Shown here: positions 1 through 13,027 of the stretch, piece by piece
How the letters are laid out: every line of letters starts with the position of its first letter
How positions within the stretch are numbered: position 1 is the stretch's first letter
From: Catajapyx aquilonaris
Taxonomy: Eukaryota
Direction of reading: 5' to 3'
Assembly: GCA_000934665.2 (NCBI GenBank)
Contig: KZ537996.1
Location: 62,001 to 126,000 of the forward strand
Length of the DNA stretch: 64,000 nucleotides
Position numbers and translations under genes: made by a program
Notes under the pieces: model-generated
Told to the model about the DNA's origin: nothing
Databases searched by the model: none
What the model saw: the letters and a program-made list of their open reading frames with translations, nothing else

Positions 1-117
1 CAGCACCATTTCACTGACTCTGGCTTACAATTGCTGCAGACAACAATCAGTTTTGGCCACCCCCCAGAAATATACTGGGTGTAAAAAGACCGCAGCAAAT
101 TGGTCCCCACTACACAA

Positions 118-220
118 TATTTCGCCAACCTGCTAATAGCCAGTGCCAATTAGGCCAAAAATTTTCCACCATATTTATATGTTAAAAATATGTGGCCTAA
201 TTGGCAATGGTGGCGAAATA
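118..220. repeat. Imperfect inverted repeat (probable MITE remnant)
   Basis: TATTTCGCCA...TGCCAATTAGGCCA / TGGCCTAATTGGCA...TGGCGAAATA. Confidence 0.5.
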
Positions 221-1246
221 CCCAGTAATATTTTTTTAAACCTTCAGCAAAAGTTCCCTAACCTATCCAAGGTCAACTTTGTCCTGCGTGTCACCCCCGG
301 CCAGTATTATTTTGGACGATGACTGTGGGGGCGCGCGTACATTACCCTCTGCAACTAGTAATCTGTCACCTTGTGGGGGATATGTCAGGTAACGCCGACC
401 GCATGAGGAATTGCTGTTATTTATCACGTGCAGCGATCCAAAAGCTGATTTTCTTCACATAGTTGCAATGTTGATTTATGTACCAATACAGCCGAGGTGT
501 TTAATCTGGAACTAGTCCCACTAGACTGGGAGATTTACGACCAACAGGCTTCATGCCATGAAAAATTCAGTTCATTTGCCACCGCTCCCTCGTTTATTTT
601 TCTTCCCACCTACCCCCCCACCACTATATATTTTTTTCCCACCTACTGGTTCGTTTTGTTCAAAACCACATTCAGGTTTATTCAGACTTTGCGTCGATAT
701 GCTGCTCTCCAAAAAGCGGATTTACGGTCGAATCCAGATATAGGGTTATTAATGGACGACAGCCGAAACATTTCCCTTAGCACCTTCCCTCAATCTTAAT
801 TAAGATTAGACTATCTGAAATCTGCCATAAGAAACACCCTGTTTTTTTTTGTATATGTGTGTGTGTGCCAGAACTAAATAAGAAAACGTTAGGCATAGCA
901 GCATGCAAACGTGTCTCGCTATCAGACTTTTGAGCTTCCAATTCTATGCAGCCGGTGGAAGCTAATCTGGTTTGACAAAATCTAAACCGTCCCGAAAATG
1001 ACCTGCTAGCCTTTTGTGAACTGCCATTACTACCTGGCTCTTCAAGCTCCCTTCTATCAAGGTCACACACAAATTACCCCTCCCGGCCAAGAGCCCACCA
1101 AGCCTAAATGTCTTACTCAAGAAGCGCAGGAAAGCTAATAGCAGGTTTTGGTGAAACACCCCATCCATTCCCTCCGGCTTTTATGGGAGAAATTATATTC
1201 CATCCTATACATTTTTCTTATACATTTTTTTACAAAATGTAGTCAT

Positions 1247-1290
1247 TTATTATTATTATTATTATTGTTATTATTATTATTATTATTATT
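1247..1290. repeat. (TTA)n microsatellite, one interruption
   Basis: Direct reading. Confidence 0.95.
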
Positions 1291-4200
1291 TGCTGAATCG
1301 GTGTGTAAATCAGGGTTTGGGGATAACTTATCATTTCCAGCAAGAGGCAAACTTTGGTCTAATTTAGGATTGGCGAAGAAACTCTGAAGTGAGCGTCCTC
1401 CTGGGAGAAATGGGAAATCTTGACGGTATCGATTGAGAGCGAGATATAAGAAGGGGGTGGTGGTGGTTTGGCCAGGAATGGCTGAGGCTGGGTGGGATGG
1501 AAATAGTGACATGGACTTGGAAAAGACAGTGCAAGGCTGCTGGAATGGTTGAAGGGAGAGGGGCGATCACTCGCCAAGGATCAATCACTTCCGGGTTAAA
1601 AAAAAATAGGGAGAAAAAACCGAGGGAGAAAAATCCACCATTTGGCTACAGGCGGTTCGGGGGCACCGTCGGGAGAAAAGACCAACTTTTGCGGGCTTTA
1701 TCTTTTATCCCCTTCCCCCCCCTCCTCCTCCTCTCCACTGCACCCTCACCATGCACAACTTTTCTCCTATTTCACTCCAGGGCTCCAGTCTTCTTTTCAG
1801 TTGCTTCCTTATCCTTCAAAAGATGTGAGCTTTGCTGTTATTCCCCCCACCCCACAGTCTCTAGAGGCTCTGACTTCAACTTTTGACCCTATATTTTTAT
1901 AATAGGTTTGAAATAATTGCAGGCAAAGGCGTGGGTAGAAAAATGGCCAGTGTCCTGAACATATCCTACTCCAGCTTGTATAAACCCTCGCCTTGTCACT
2001 TGCTCCACAGCTGCGATTGACACTTGTTGACCCTCAAGTGGGAAGAATCTCAGTGATCTTTGTCAAGAAGAGAAGCTTCACCAAGAATAGCTTGCAGCAT
2101 CCCAAAACGTGGCGAGCTCCCCTTGGTTAGCCTATAACACGTTATCTGCGTTATTAATCCTAACCCCCCAACTCATACACCATGTGTTTGCAATCACGTT
2201 ATTCCGGCACAAATTTATTCAGTGACATCATATTGCTCGGGCCCAGCACATGATGGCCCTAGTTTTTTTTTTTTCAAGCTGAATATGTATGTTTGCCCTC
2301 CATAAAGCTCCGGCACAAAGCATCGGGTTAATGCTTTGTAAACCAGCGGCGGAAGATTCATTTGCCAAGGGAAGAAACATTGGTGAATGCTGCCAAATGT
2401 TTGCCCAAATTTTCGAAAACAATATCGTAAATTCCCGATACGTCCGGCTAATGGAGAAAGGTAAACGTAGATCCGACGAGAGTTATTCCCCTTTGTTACT
2501 CGCAACGGATAGTAACGACGCTCGGGTCTGACGCACAAGTTCTTGTTTCAAGCTGATAATTTGCAGTTTGCATGAGCAAGTGATTGCCATAAATTCCAGA
2601 CTGGCACGTTCTTTTATAGGTGGTACCCAAAAAATGCGGGAATTTTTATTCCCAACACGGTGTTTCCCCCCGAAACTTTCTGTGTACAGTGTGCAGGCCC
2701 CCTTCGCAACTTTTGTGAATTATCCGGAGCCACGGAAACGTTGTCGAAAAGCATTCACTAATGTACTTCTTTCTAGCAGTCATATTTCACCCTTTCTCGG
2801 GCGTACAAGAATGGAAAGGATGCCCCGAGGCACCAGAAAAGTTAAGAAAGCGGAAATAAATTACACAAAAATGTCTACAGATCTCGAAAAAGTCTCCGGC
2901 CGCACAAACTCTTGGGGGATATATGCACTCGGGCATATATCAACGCTATTCATTTTCTTTTTGCCCTCATTCATTCCTCCCTGCCGTCCTCATACACATA
3001 GGCGGTGTTTATGTAGTCTCCTGGTAAATATACACTCCCGGCTTTTACAAATTTGGGGAGTATTTATTATCCCGGCCGTTAGGCCCAACCCCAAGTCAGA
3101 TGAATTATACAAGGCCACCAGTTTTTTTTCCGGTTCATTCATTACTTGGCAAGTTGCAAGGTGCATTTATATGCATCCATTTGCAGAGACCCTATTTGCC
3201 GCATAGCTTCACATCGGGATTGGGTCGCCCCTAAACGCCCTTAATCCATTCCATTTTATATTGGGAATTTAATCCCAACAGTCGGGTCCATCATCTCTTC
3301 CTATATAACATGGCGGCTTTTACAACACACGCGGTAGGGGGATCTATATAAAAAAAATAGGTAAAGGACCTCTTCACAATTAGAAACGGGGGAGAAGAAT
3401 TGGAATGGGCTTTAGGAATCGTGAATGGTCATGCTTAATGGTTTTACGAGCACCCGGGGTGAGATAAAGGAAATGAATAAAAAGAGAGCCACCGCTAGAC
3501 CTGTCTAAAGTCAAAGCCTGGCTGCTTACATCTTGTGAAATTGTTTTAAGCTGCACCAAGATGGGGGGCATCCACACCCCACAAACCCTCCCTGGCTCTA
3601 ACCGCCTTCCCCGATACCGCACACTCAAAAGGGCCGCTTCCAAGCCACGAAAGATGTCAGCCCAGGGCAAAGGAGCTTTTCTTACCTAAGTTACTATTAC
3701 CGCGGCATGAGCTGCACCCGCAGGTTACTAAATGCCAGCTGGTTAGAATTCAGTGCGCTAATTAAACATACAATTAAAATTTGTTATTAATTAATATTTT
3801 TAAAACAAGAAATTCAGTGTGGCATATTGACTAGGAAGGTTGCTCCAAGTCGTCTAGCAAGTCTTCTCTGGCAGGACCAAATTGGGACACAGCTTGAGGA
3901 CCCCTCTTCCCCCGACCTTCCCGACCTCTCTACCCCCTACTGGTGCAGCACCCAGTCGTCGAGGTTCCTCCTAGCTCCAGTAGGTGGCACGCTTGCCTAC
4001 TGCCCTCCTATTGTTATGCCAAAAAGACTGGGCCAGTATTGATCTTTTCATCACGGAAGCGCCGTCCCCACCCCAACACTAAATCCTTCTCAGCATCCTC
4101 CACCTTCCTACCACCCACCAAAAAACCTCCATCCCAATTCCTACGCTCTAACCCACAATGATACCCATGTTAACGACCCCCAAAAAATAAGCGATAAGCT

Positions 4201-4759
4201 CCAAAATGATATAATTTCCTGACGAAATTCTCATTAGCGTCCATTTTTTTTCCTCCTCATCCAATTGACCTACTGACACACCACATTCCAGACTCTTAAG
4301 ACAACCCAACTCAGGTGTCCTAAGCAAAGTCCCGCCCAACTAACAGCTCCTGACATTTATTTGCCTATTAGGTTATATCTGAACTGTAAATGTGATGAAG
4401 CTGGCACACTCCGACATCAAAACAAACCATAAAGCTGCCCTCCCTGCGCCATTCCGAAAGTAGTTCCAGCCCACCCCGACCTCTCCATCTCCCCCTTGAT
4501 TAAGCTCCGCCCATCCACTTCCCGCCCAGATCCCTCCGCCGACATGGCCCTGCAATGAGCCTTCGCAGTTTTCTTTATTCTACCGGGTCAGCTGGTTACC
4601 TCGCAGTCTCATGCCAGCTGCTGTACCATACACGTCATGTTCCACACACTAATATACATACACCGGCCTGATACACTCGGTCGTAATACCTGGTGATTGC
4701 ACTAATTGCTATATGATCCCGGTAATGTACGATCCGGACACATGTAGTTGGCATAGCGG

Positions 4760-4775
4760 TCGGTAGATGGCAGTG
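4760..4775 (+). promoter_or_regulatory. CTCF-like insulator motif
   Basis: TCGGTAGATGGCAGTG matches the CTCF core (AGRTGGCRSTG). Confidence 0.45.
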
Positions 4776-6075
4776 TATGTCCTACGCGCCTAAAACAACT
4801 TGGCGCGCCGAGATGGGTAGTAAAGAGAAACTTAGTACGGTCATGAAGAAACATTATTGCCTTTTAACTCGACTATAAAGTCCTAACATGTGAGCTAGTT
4901 TTACACGTCTTCTCAGGGGGAGAGAAGAACCGCGGGATTGATGTCATAAAGATAACACCGACTCAAACGGCAAATAAACTTCATCAACAATTGGTATCCC
5001 GGGCTGGGAATTTATTAAGTAAGGGAACGGCCTCGTTATGAGGCAGTGAAACAGGTTGTTAATAGTACTCTCTTTCAGGCTAATGTAGTTGGCACAAGCC
5101 CGCTTTCCTTATGTCGGAATGTGGGTAAAACATAAGCGACGGTGGCAAGGTCCGTGTGTGAATTATGGGCATTGGCCTAGCAGGTTCCCTATCAATTTTC
5201 ATTGGCACAAGGAAAGCAGCTGGGTCTCCCTTGACTACCCCCCACCCTTGCCTTCCCCTACGACACTTCCTGATGGAGTTGAGTCCCCTCGTGCAGAGTT
5301 CATCAAGCTGCCTCTAGTAACTCGCTCGACTTGACACTAATGTGCGCCAAAGAAATTCTACAAGGCGCTATATACCTGCCCTCCGACTGCTATCTCGATT
5401 TTTTTTTTAAGAGACCGCCTTTGGAAGCTTTTGCTTATTACTGCTGGTTTGATCACCTTTTTTACACCTGCAAGTGGCCAGATGTCGCGGTGCTGACCAG
5501 CTGCTAACATATCAGACACAATGGTACATATGGTTCATGCAGGCATGCAAATGAAAAATGTGCAACTCAAGCAAGTCCTCCGTGAGAGTTCAGTTTGTCA
5601 TTATTGTGGTGGTCACCTTTTTGTCATTAATATAACGTTGGATGAGGCAGGTGTGCTGAAACAATATTGTTAACAGTGCAGTAGTCAGTTGGTTCGCCTG
5701 AAAAAAAAATATATTTGTCAGCATACAAGGTGCACAATATTTCACCAGCGAAGCAGAACCTGTCAGTGCATTCTTTGAAGGTGATGTTTTCATATTATTG
5801 CAGATTAGTACATACTAGTGGAGGAGAGAATTGAAATTCCATAGCCCATTCAGTAGTTAATGTCTCTATATCTGTAATCAATGGAGCAATTAGTTGGAAT
5901 ATTGGGAAATCAAAAGCCCATGAAAAAGTAATGCTGCACTGCTTAACATTAATGCAGGAGTGTAACAGCATTTTTATATCAGGTGTGACAATAGTAAACA
6001 ACCCTTTAAAAGCTTTGCCCAGCTTTTGCATCAATGGAAGCCTTGGTATCATCCTTTGCATGCAACAGCGTGTGT

Positions 6076-6161
6076 GAAACAAAACACCCTATAATTTTTT
6101 GTAGTCAAGGCAAGCAAACATGTAATTTATTTGCTACAGGTCTCAAATTATGCTGTTTATT
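6076..6161 (-). terminator. Candidate distal polyadenylation signal of Ubx
   Basis: Two AATAAA hexamers (plus-strand TTTATT at 6126 and 6156) with a downstream GU/U-rich element. Confidence 0.4.
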
Positions 6162-9100
6162 TAACACACGCTGGCAGAAACTTATTGCAATGTATTTTTC
6201 AATGAAAATAAGGAAAATAAAACCAATAAGGAAAAGAGAGAACAGATAAATATTATTCAAGCTAATTTGTATCACTATCTGTAAACAGATGATGCCAGTA
6301 GCTTGTGCAATGAGTTCTAAATGGTTTGACACTGAGTGAGTGTTCATAATAAATTGAAACGTGTAAGCTAAACCTGAGATAGGCCCAAAATTCACTACAT
6401 TATATTTCATAACTGCACAGTTCCATAGAAAATGTGCCATCCTGAACAGGACAAAAATACATTTTCTTTACGTACAATTGAAGGGTTGGTGCAATACTAA
6501 CTTTATGACTACACCCAAACCTTTTGTACAAGAGGAAATTATGCATGACTTTTGAAATAATTCATTTGATACATCCATTTTTACTGGCAGGAAAGCAACT
6601 AATTCACCAAAAATTGTTATTTGAGAATTCTTTTCAAAAGGTCAGACGTAAAATTTGCTGCACCAAGCCTCCATATTGCCGTGAAGCCAATCTGCTTAGC
6701 TACAGTTGACCATGTCATTTGATTATTATCAGACAACTGTTATCAAGTCGCCTAATTTACAGTGATGGTTCCACATTAGTGACTTATCAGATATCCAATC
6801 TTGTAGAGCAAGTCCTACATGCACCAAAAGGGGTGTTATATTGATCACTATATTGTTATCTACAACAAACTGTACAGCAACTTTGTGCTATTATGCTGTT
6901 GATTAATACCAGTGACATAACAGGAAGTTTATGCTACATTGTATGAATCTTTAGTTTGCATGGAATCCTGTCCACATACAAAAACACAACTTACATCATG
7001 CAATGCACAGATTTAGGCTTTTTGTACCACATTAGGCTACTACAGAGTCAGCTTAAGGAGAAATATGAGTCAAATTAATCTATGCTTTGCATGCTACTCT
7101 ATAATTATGCCATGACTGAAGGTGTTAATGCACAGTAGGTGGTATGTGTGGGTAGTGAGTGGGCACAGAATGGTCTTGGATGCCAGAAAAAGCTATTACG
7201 GTGAGATGAAGTTTCACACAAATGTAATTAATACTACTAAAGCCATACTTATGGGCACTTCTGGCTAGATGGGGGATAAAAATCAGACACCTTGCCATAA
7301 GGGCACAACTTTGCATAGTGCTGGTAACTGTACGATTAAAATACAGTAAACTTGCATAGCAAGGGTATACTTTATGCATTCAGAACTGGCTCAATTATTG
7401 ATAATGCAATATCAGATTGCAAGTATGTTATTAGGCATGGTTGTAACAATTTTGTGCAAGTGGTTTTTTTTTTTGCTCCTGCCATAGGCCCTATCTGATG
7501 GGAGGTCTATTAGGACTTTGCAAAAAATATTTTTAAAGATTATGAGCTACAAAAAACCTACTTAATTTTTAATATACCTGCAGCACATGACTAATATACT
7601 GTGTTTCAAAATTTGGCTTAGATCTGTATCAACAGAAATTTTGTGGACGCTCTGTCCTGTGAACCACTGTCCAGTTTGGCGTGGAATCAAACGTACAGTT
7701 GGAAAGCCCACTAAATGTGATTTCCAACAATATGATATAACTCCACTGCCACACTCGAAAGTGAAATTATCAAAGAGAGTTGTAATAGGCGTCAGGGAGA
7801 TATTTACAGATGCATATGTGACATACATTCTGGAACAAGTGGTAGCTTATATATTTTTTGACAGTTCAGGCAAAGTGAAAGTCACTGATACTAATATGAC
7901 GTTGAATATTTGCTCTGTTATTGTTATTAGAAACTATCAGAGACTAATAATAAAGCAGTATGATATAAGGTTCTTCCAGCACAAATTCAACACTTACTTT
8001 TATAAGAATTAATAATTATTTATTTATTCCCCTGCGCCCGAGAGCATTGCGGGGAAGACCTCCCATAGCATATACATTCGACAAAAATCACTGGAATTTA
8101 CAGTACAATATCACAAAACTTCAAGTTTGCTACTACTAGAGAAAGAAAGTACCGTATACATTTGGTGAACAGCATGAACAGGCCACTTACTTTTATATTT
8201 ACTATTAACCCTTCATTTGGGGGCCATTTTCGTCCAATTTTCAGTTCAAACATCTAGGCCCACTCTTGTGAAAATCATAAGTAATGTTGTATTCCACAAA
8301 TACACAAATTATTATAAAATACAGTAACACCTCGATATAACACTCTCCAAGGGACTGCCCAAAATTAGCGTTATAAGCGGGATAGTGTTATATGTGGGAG
8401 AGTTACATCGAGGTTTTACTGTATTAAATTAAAATGCCACTTATAAATTTTGGGCACCAAATACATGGCATAGGCCACTTGCAAGTAATACTGAGAGCAC
8501 ATTTCCAGTACAATGTAAGTAGGTCCTACATCAAAGACCTTGAATTCCAGACAATTCATCAATAAGCACAAACCCTTGAATTAAATTGTTAAAAGCATCA
8601 GAAGTAAAACTTGGAACCATCAGTGTAAATTCTCATAATCTAGAATTATCCTACTTTCAGCAAACTAAATTTCTCGCACATTGTCAGTGGATTGCTGAGC
8701 TGGAATTAAATTTCGTATGATATTCAAGTTTGCAGCAAATACAAGTCATTCACAGGGATGTAGAGCCTATAATTATCATATCCTGTCTCCCCAGGGTCAA
8801 ATGTTTCTGAGCCTAGGAAGGTAAACATTATTATGTCTTCATTGCACAAGCATCTGGGAGTATAGTTGAATTCATTTCCCATGGAAGTTGAAGCTGCACA
8901 GTGTTGTCCTCCATGGAAATGGGTAGTTCCTGTGTAGGTAAGACAGTTTCATGAAATCAAGCACGAAACATATAATTACTGGCATGAAAAAACACTGTTA
9001 CAGCTTAAACATATTTTTGGTCAAGGTTAATTGCAATCTACATGTAGTTCATTACAGCAACGTTTTAAAAACCAGTCACGGCAGTGTGAGGAAACTTTTG

Positions 9101-10019
9101 ATAATGGAGCAAATTACTGCAGAGTATAAGAAAATATAGAATTATCTTTGAATCCCTACTATCAGTATTATTTTTTGTTTTGTTTTGTTTTGTAAAAAAT
9201 AAATCCAAAGCAGCACAATCATTAGCTTAAGATAACAGCTGGTCCCTACAACTATGATAGTGGATCATAATAAGAAGGTTTGTGCTGCATCTTGGCAGGC
9301 TTCAATCCTTGAACAGAAAAGGAGTCTGGAATTATTTGTTGGCTTACACTAGGATATAAGTAGGTCATTGCCTAAATAACCACAACAGGATTACCAACCA
9401 GCTGCAACCTTCCTTTCATCCATGTCAAGGCCAATTTCAGTGGCCAGGGGTTGGGCTTGCCGATTAATAATCCAACATATAAATCATGCTTTCAAATGGA
9501 GTTGACAGTCAGTTTGTTTTCGTTAGCTTCGCCTGACAAGGTAGCAGTCTCCTTTCTTACTTAACTTGCTAGAAGTGCAGGGTTGGTAAAAAATATGAAC
9601 AAGTCCAAGATTAAAAGTCACCTGCAACGGTGTTGCTGAGCAAGACTTGAGTACTGGAACAAGTCTTAGAAGACATTACAAGCATGATAACTATCCAGTT
9701 CGCCACAGACACGTCCAGTGTGGGTGTCTACAATCTACATGGTTTGCCAATCTGAAAGCAGCTGTACTTGGTATGAAAACAACCAAAATGTGACCTAGTT
9801 TAAAACCAGCAAGAACTTGGCGAGTTGCACTGAAAGAGAACAATAGCCATTATTCATCCATCTCTTCAGGAGGCAGTGGGTGTTCCAGACTCAAAAAGGT
9901 GACCACCGGGTGTCAGACGGCACCCATGAACGAATCCAATCATGATAATAATCATGGAGGACTGCCCGTGGTTGCAAAAATTGGCTGACACCCTACCTTC
10001 TTAGTAGGGGTAGGAGCCA
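6105..10019 (-). other. Ubx: Putative long Ubx 3' UTR (~3.9 kb; end inferred)
   Basis: AT-rich sequence follows the stop codon. Minus-strand AATAAA occurs at 8019-8028 (two overlapping copies), 6156-6161 and 6126-6131. The last is followed ~40 nt downstream by the GU-rich GGTGTTTTGTTTC (~6076-6088). Confidence 0.5.
8322..8421. mobile_element. 100-bp Tc1/mariner (pogo/Tigger-like) MITE
   Basis: Imperfect 20-bp terminal inverted repeats CAGTAACACCTCGATATAAC ... GTTACATCGAGGTTTTACTG, flanked by TA on both sides (8320-8321, 8422-8423). Confidence 0.8.
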
Positions 10020-10442
<423 letters not shown>

Positions 10443-11399
10443 CTACATGCATTGTCACCTACACTACCACCAATTGGCTCATCCCAACTCATGCATACAT
10501 CACTTTTTTGATGATCAATGAATAAAGTAACGCAGGTAAGAACTACCTTTGTTGCAGTAGAAATGCAGACAAGTTATACTTCTGCCCTTTATGAATGTTA
10601 CCTTTATTAAGAGACTGCGAGTTCACCTGCTGGTCATATACAGCAGCGTTTCAAATTGGCCATGCCATAACCTTTATTGACTCAGGGGTTTTTAAGGAAG
10701 TTTTTTGAATCAAAATTTCCTTGGGCCCGGTAGTTCCACGTGATATCAGTCCTGATCACGTAATCAGATCATATAGACAGATATTTTTATGCATTTAGTT
10801 AGGTGATCCGTCCCTAATATTCCTTTCTTAGTTTTCTGGAAGAAACCTTTAGAATTAGTTTATCACCCATTTTATCCTAGATAATAATATTTTATTGTAA
10901 AAAAGTAATCTGTAGAAGACCAATGTTGATTCGTCCACTATTAGTTTTTGAGCAAATCGTGCTTGCCAGTGTTTATTAGATACGGAAAAGAATTGCAAAC
11001 TACAGGGATTCAGAGTTGAGATAGTGGGGTCAAAGTTGGGTCAAAGTTTCAATTATTACATGTTTCAAATGAAATTTTTATGTCAATTATTGGTTAGATT
11101 TGGTTAGTAGAAATATTTAATGGGCTATTGATTAGTGTATTTACACAAAATAATATTCAAATCACGTTTATGAACCAGAAAAAGGTGGCGTCAAGGATTA
11201 CGCGATTAGCCCCCACTCATCCGTTTCCGTAAAAGTTACTAAGAATTATCATTAATTCTAAATAGCAGTAGCTGCTTATTCCTCGTTTCTGCTAAAGCTT
11301 TTTACAAGAAATGGCATCTGCTAATGTTATTTTGTAAAATAATTACTTGGTTGCCAGCATGGTGGGATGAGGAACATTGCATAATACAGAGTGATCCAA

Positions 11400-11818
11400 A
11401 ATACTTGTCCGACTAATATGGCGATGTTGGCACTAAGCTGCTTAAATGTATCAGATACTTTTGCATTGTTACTTTTAATGATAAATAAAAAGTATTCGCT
11501 GACTAAGATTAGGTTACTTGTATACCCATCCTTTTGAAGAAGGGGGGNGGGGAGGGGGTTGCTCTGCACAGTGTGGGTTCTGTCCTGGGCATGAGATGCC
11601 AATTGTTCCAATGGGCCATTATTTCTAATCGGAAATTGCAGTTCAGAGCGTGAATAGATTCATGATTCAGTATGGCGTAATATTCGTAGTGTATATAGCT
11701 AATACTTTTGATAAACATCATGAAAAATATCAATAATTCAAAAGTAGCGACTTAAAATAAGGTCAGTGGCAAAAATATGGCCATTCAGACAAGTATAGGC
11801 CTATTTTATCACCCTGTA
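11400..11818. mobile_element. Old Tc1/mariner-like non-autonomous repeat, family B fragment (boundaries approximate)
   Basis: Shares CTAAGCTGCTT, GATGCCAATTGTTC and AGTTCAGAGCGTG with other copies (~13700-13950, ~21940-22060, 63844+). Ends in CACCCTG-TA (11810-11818). Confidence 0.5.
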
Positions 11819-12000
11819 TAAATACGGTGATACCTGATACGTAATGCGGATGTACTGTACCACATTTTAATTATAATGAATTATTTAAAAATCCTATCTC
11901 CCCGAGTCAAGTTTAATATCCGTTCATTGTTAATTATATTAATAATAATAATTTGCCCCGTGATAGAGCCATTGGCTCTCTTAGGGGGGGAGTTCATCCC

Positions 12001-12239
12001 TTTTTTTTTTTGTCAGGAACTCTTTGCTTTTTTACTTTTTGCTTCGCTTTTTAGGAAGGGATAGGGATGGAAGGAAGCGGCTGTGGCCTGTTAATTACGG
12101 AAACAACTCCGGAATTTTCCTGGAGGGACCGTGGGAAACCACAGAAAACCACGGTCAGAGTTGCCGGCCCCGGGATTTGATCCCAGGACCTCCCGATTAG
12201 CAGTCTGGCTCCTTAACCCCTACACCAACCTGCTTCGGT
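12001..12239 (-). mobile_element. tRNA-derived SINE
   Basis: The minus strand begins with a tRNA-like head: A box TGGTGTAGGGG (12227-12217) and B box GGATCAAATCC (12183-12173). The body reads GTGGTTTTCTGTGGTTTCCC...CCCTCCAGG...GGCCACAGCCGCTTCCTTCC, which resembles invertebrate SINE central domains. An A-rich tail ends at ~12001. Confidence 0.8.
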
Positions 12240-12540
12240 TTGTTAATTATATTGTTCCACTAACATCCCCACGTATTCAGACTGCCGAATACCTGTAGTC
12301 TGAACACGGCACAATTAGGAAATGGATCTAATTTCATCTATTGCCACGGACGAGTAGGATGACAATGGTCAACAAGCCACGGCCTAAACTGCCTAAGCGG
12401 TAGACATCTTTTGAGCGCAAATAACATATATTTTAAATTAATAATTATTATCATAATCACCATTAATTGTGGTTTATCCACATTACGTACTTAGGGTCAT
12501 ACAGCACTGTGGTGCGCAGTGCATCTGGTATAGCCCTGAT

Positions 12541-12556
12541 GCTGCCACCTGGCGGC
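12541..12556 (-). promoter_or_regulatory. CTCF-like motif in the loop of the fold-back element
   Basis: Minus-strand GCCGCCAGGTGGCAGC is a close match to the CTCF consensus. Confidence 0.4.
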
Positions 12557-12898
12557 TCCCAGTAGCGCGATCATTTGAAATGATGAGCACCAGGAGTATG
12601 CCAGATTTGTGGTGCACTACGCCACACTGCACACCACAGGGCTGTACGACCCTGTAGTATGTAATGTGGATAAACCACATTTAATGATGATTATGATTAT
12701 TAATTTGAAATATATAATATCTGTCTCAACTATTGGTCGGTTGTTGTAACCGGTCATTACCGGTTAGGCAGTTGAGACCGTTACTTGTTGACCATTGTCA
12801 ACCTACTCGTCTGTGGCAATATATGAAAAAAACGCATTTACGGATTTTACCGTGTTCAGACTGCAGGTATTCGGCAGTCTGAATATTTGTTGATGTTA

Positions 12899-13027
12899 GG
12901 GCCGGTTTCACCAAGCCCAGTTTTGATTTAAAAAACCCGGTTCTTTCGGAAAATCCCTGCAAATAGAATAGGGATTTTCCAAAGGAGCCGGGGTTTTTAT
13001 CAACACTGGGCTTGGTGAAACCGGCCC
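12899..13027. mobile_element. Palindromic PIF/Harbinger (Tourist-like) MITE, family A copy 1
   Basis: TIRs GGGCCGGTTTCACCAAGCCCAGT ... ACTGGGCTTGGTGAAACCGGCCC. Flanks are TTA/TCA (a decayed 3-bp TSD). Same family as 57540-57666. Confidence 0.85.

Noticed and set aside
2568..3206. Longest ORF in the track (212 aa)
   Set aside because: Non-ATG start, no recognisable domain and no clear splice context; compatible with chance in 64 kb.
4678..4736. Bulged hairpin containing TAATACCTGG, reminiscent of miR-8/miR-200
   Set aside because: The seed differs from AAUACUG and the stem has several bulges; not supportable as a miRNA without small-RNA data.
12173..12239. Possible tRNA gene
   Set aside because: The A/B boxes are degenerate and continue into a SINE body and A-rich tail; no clean cloverleaf.
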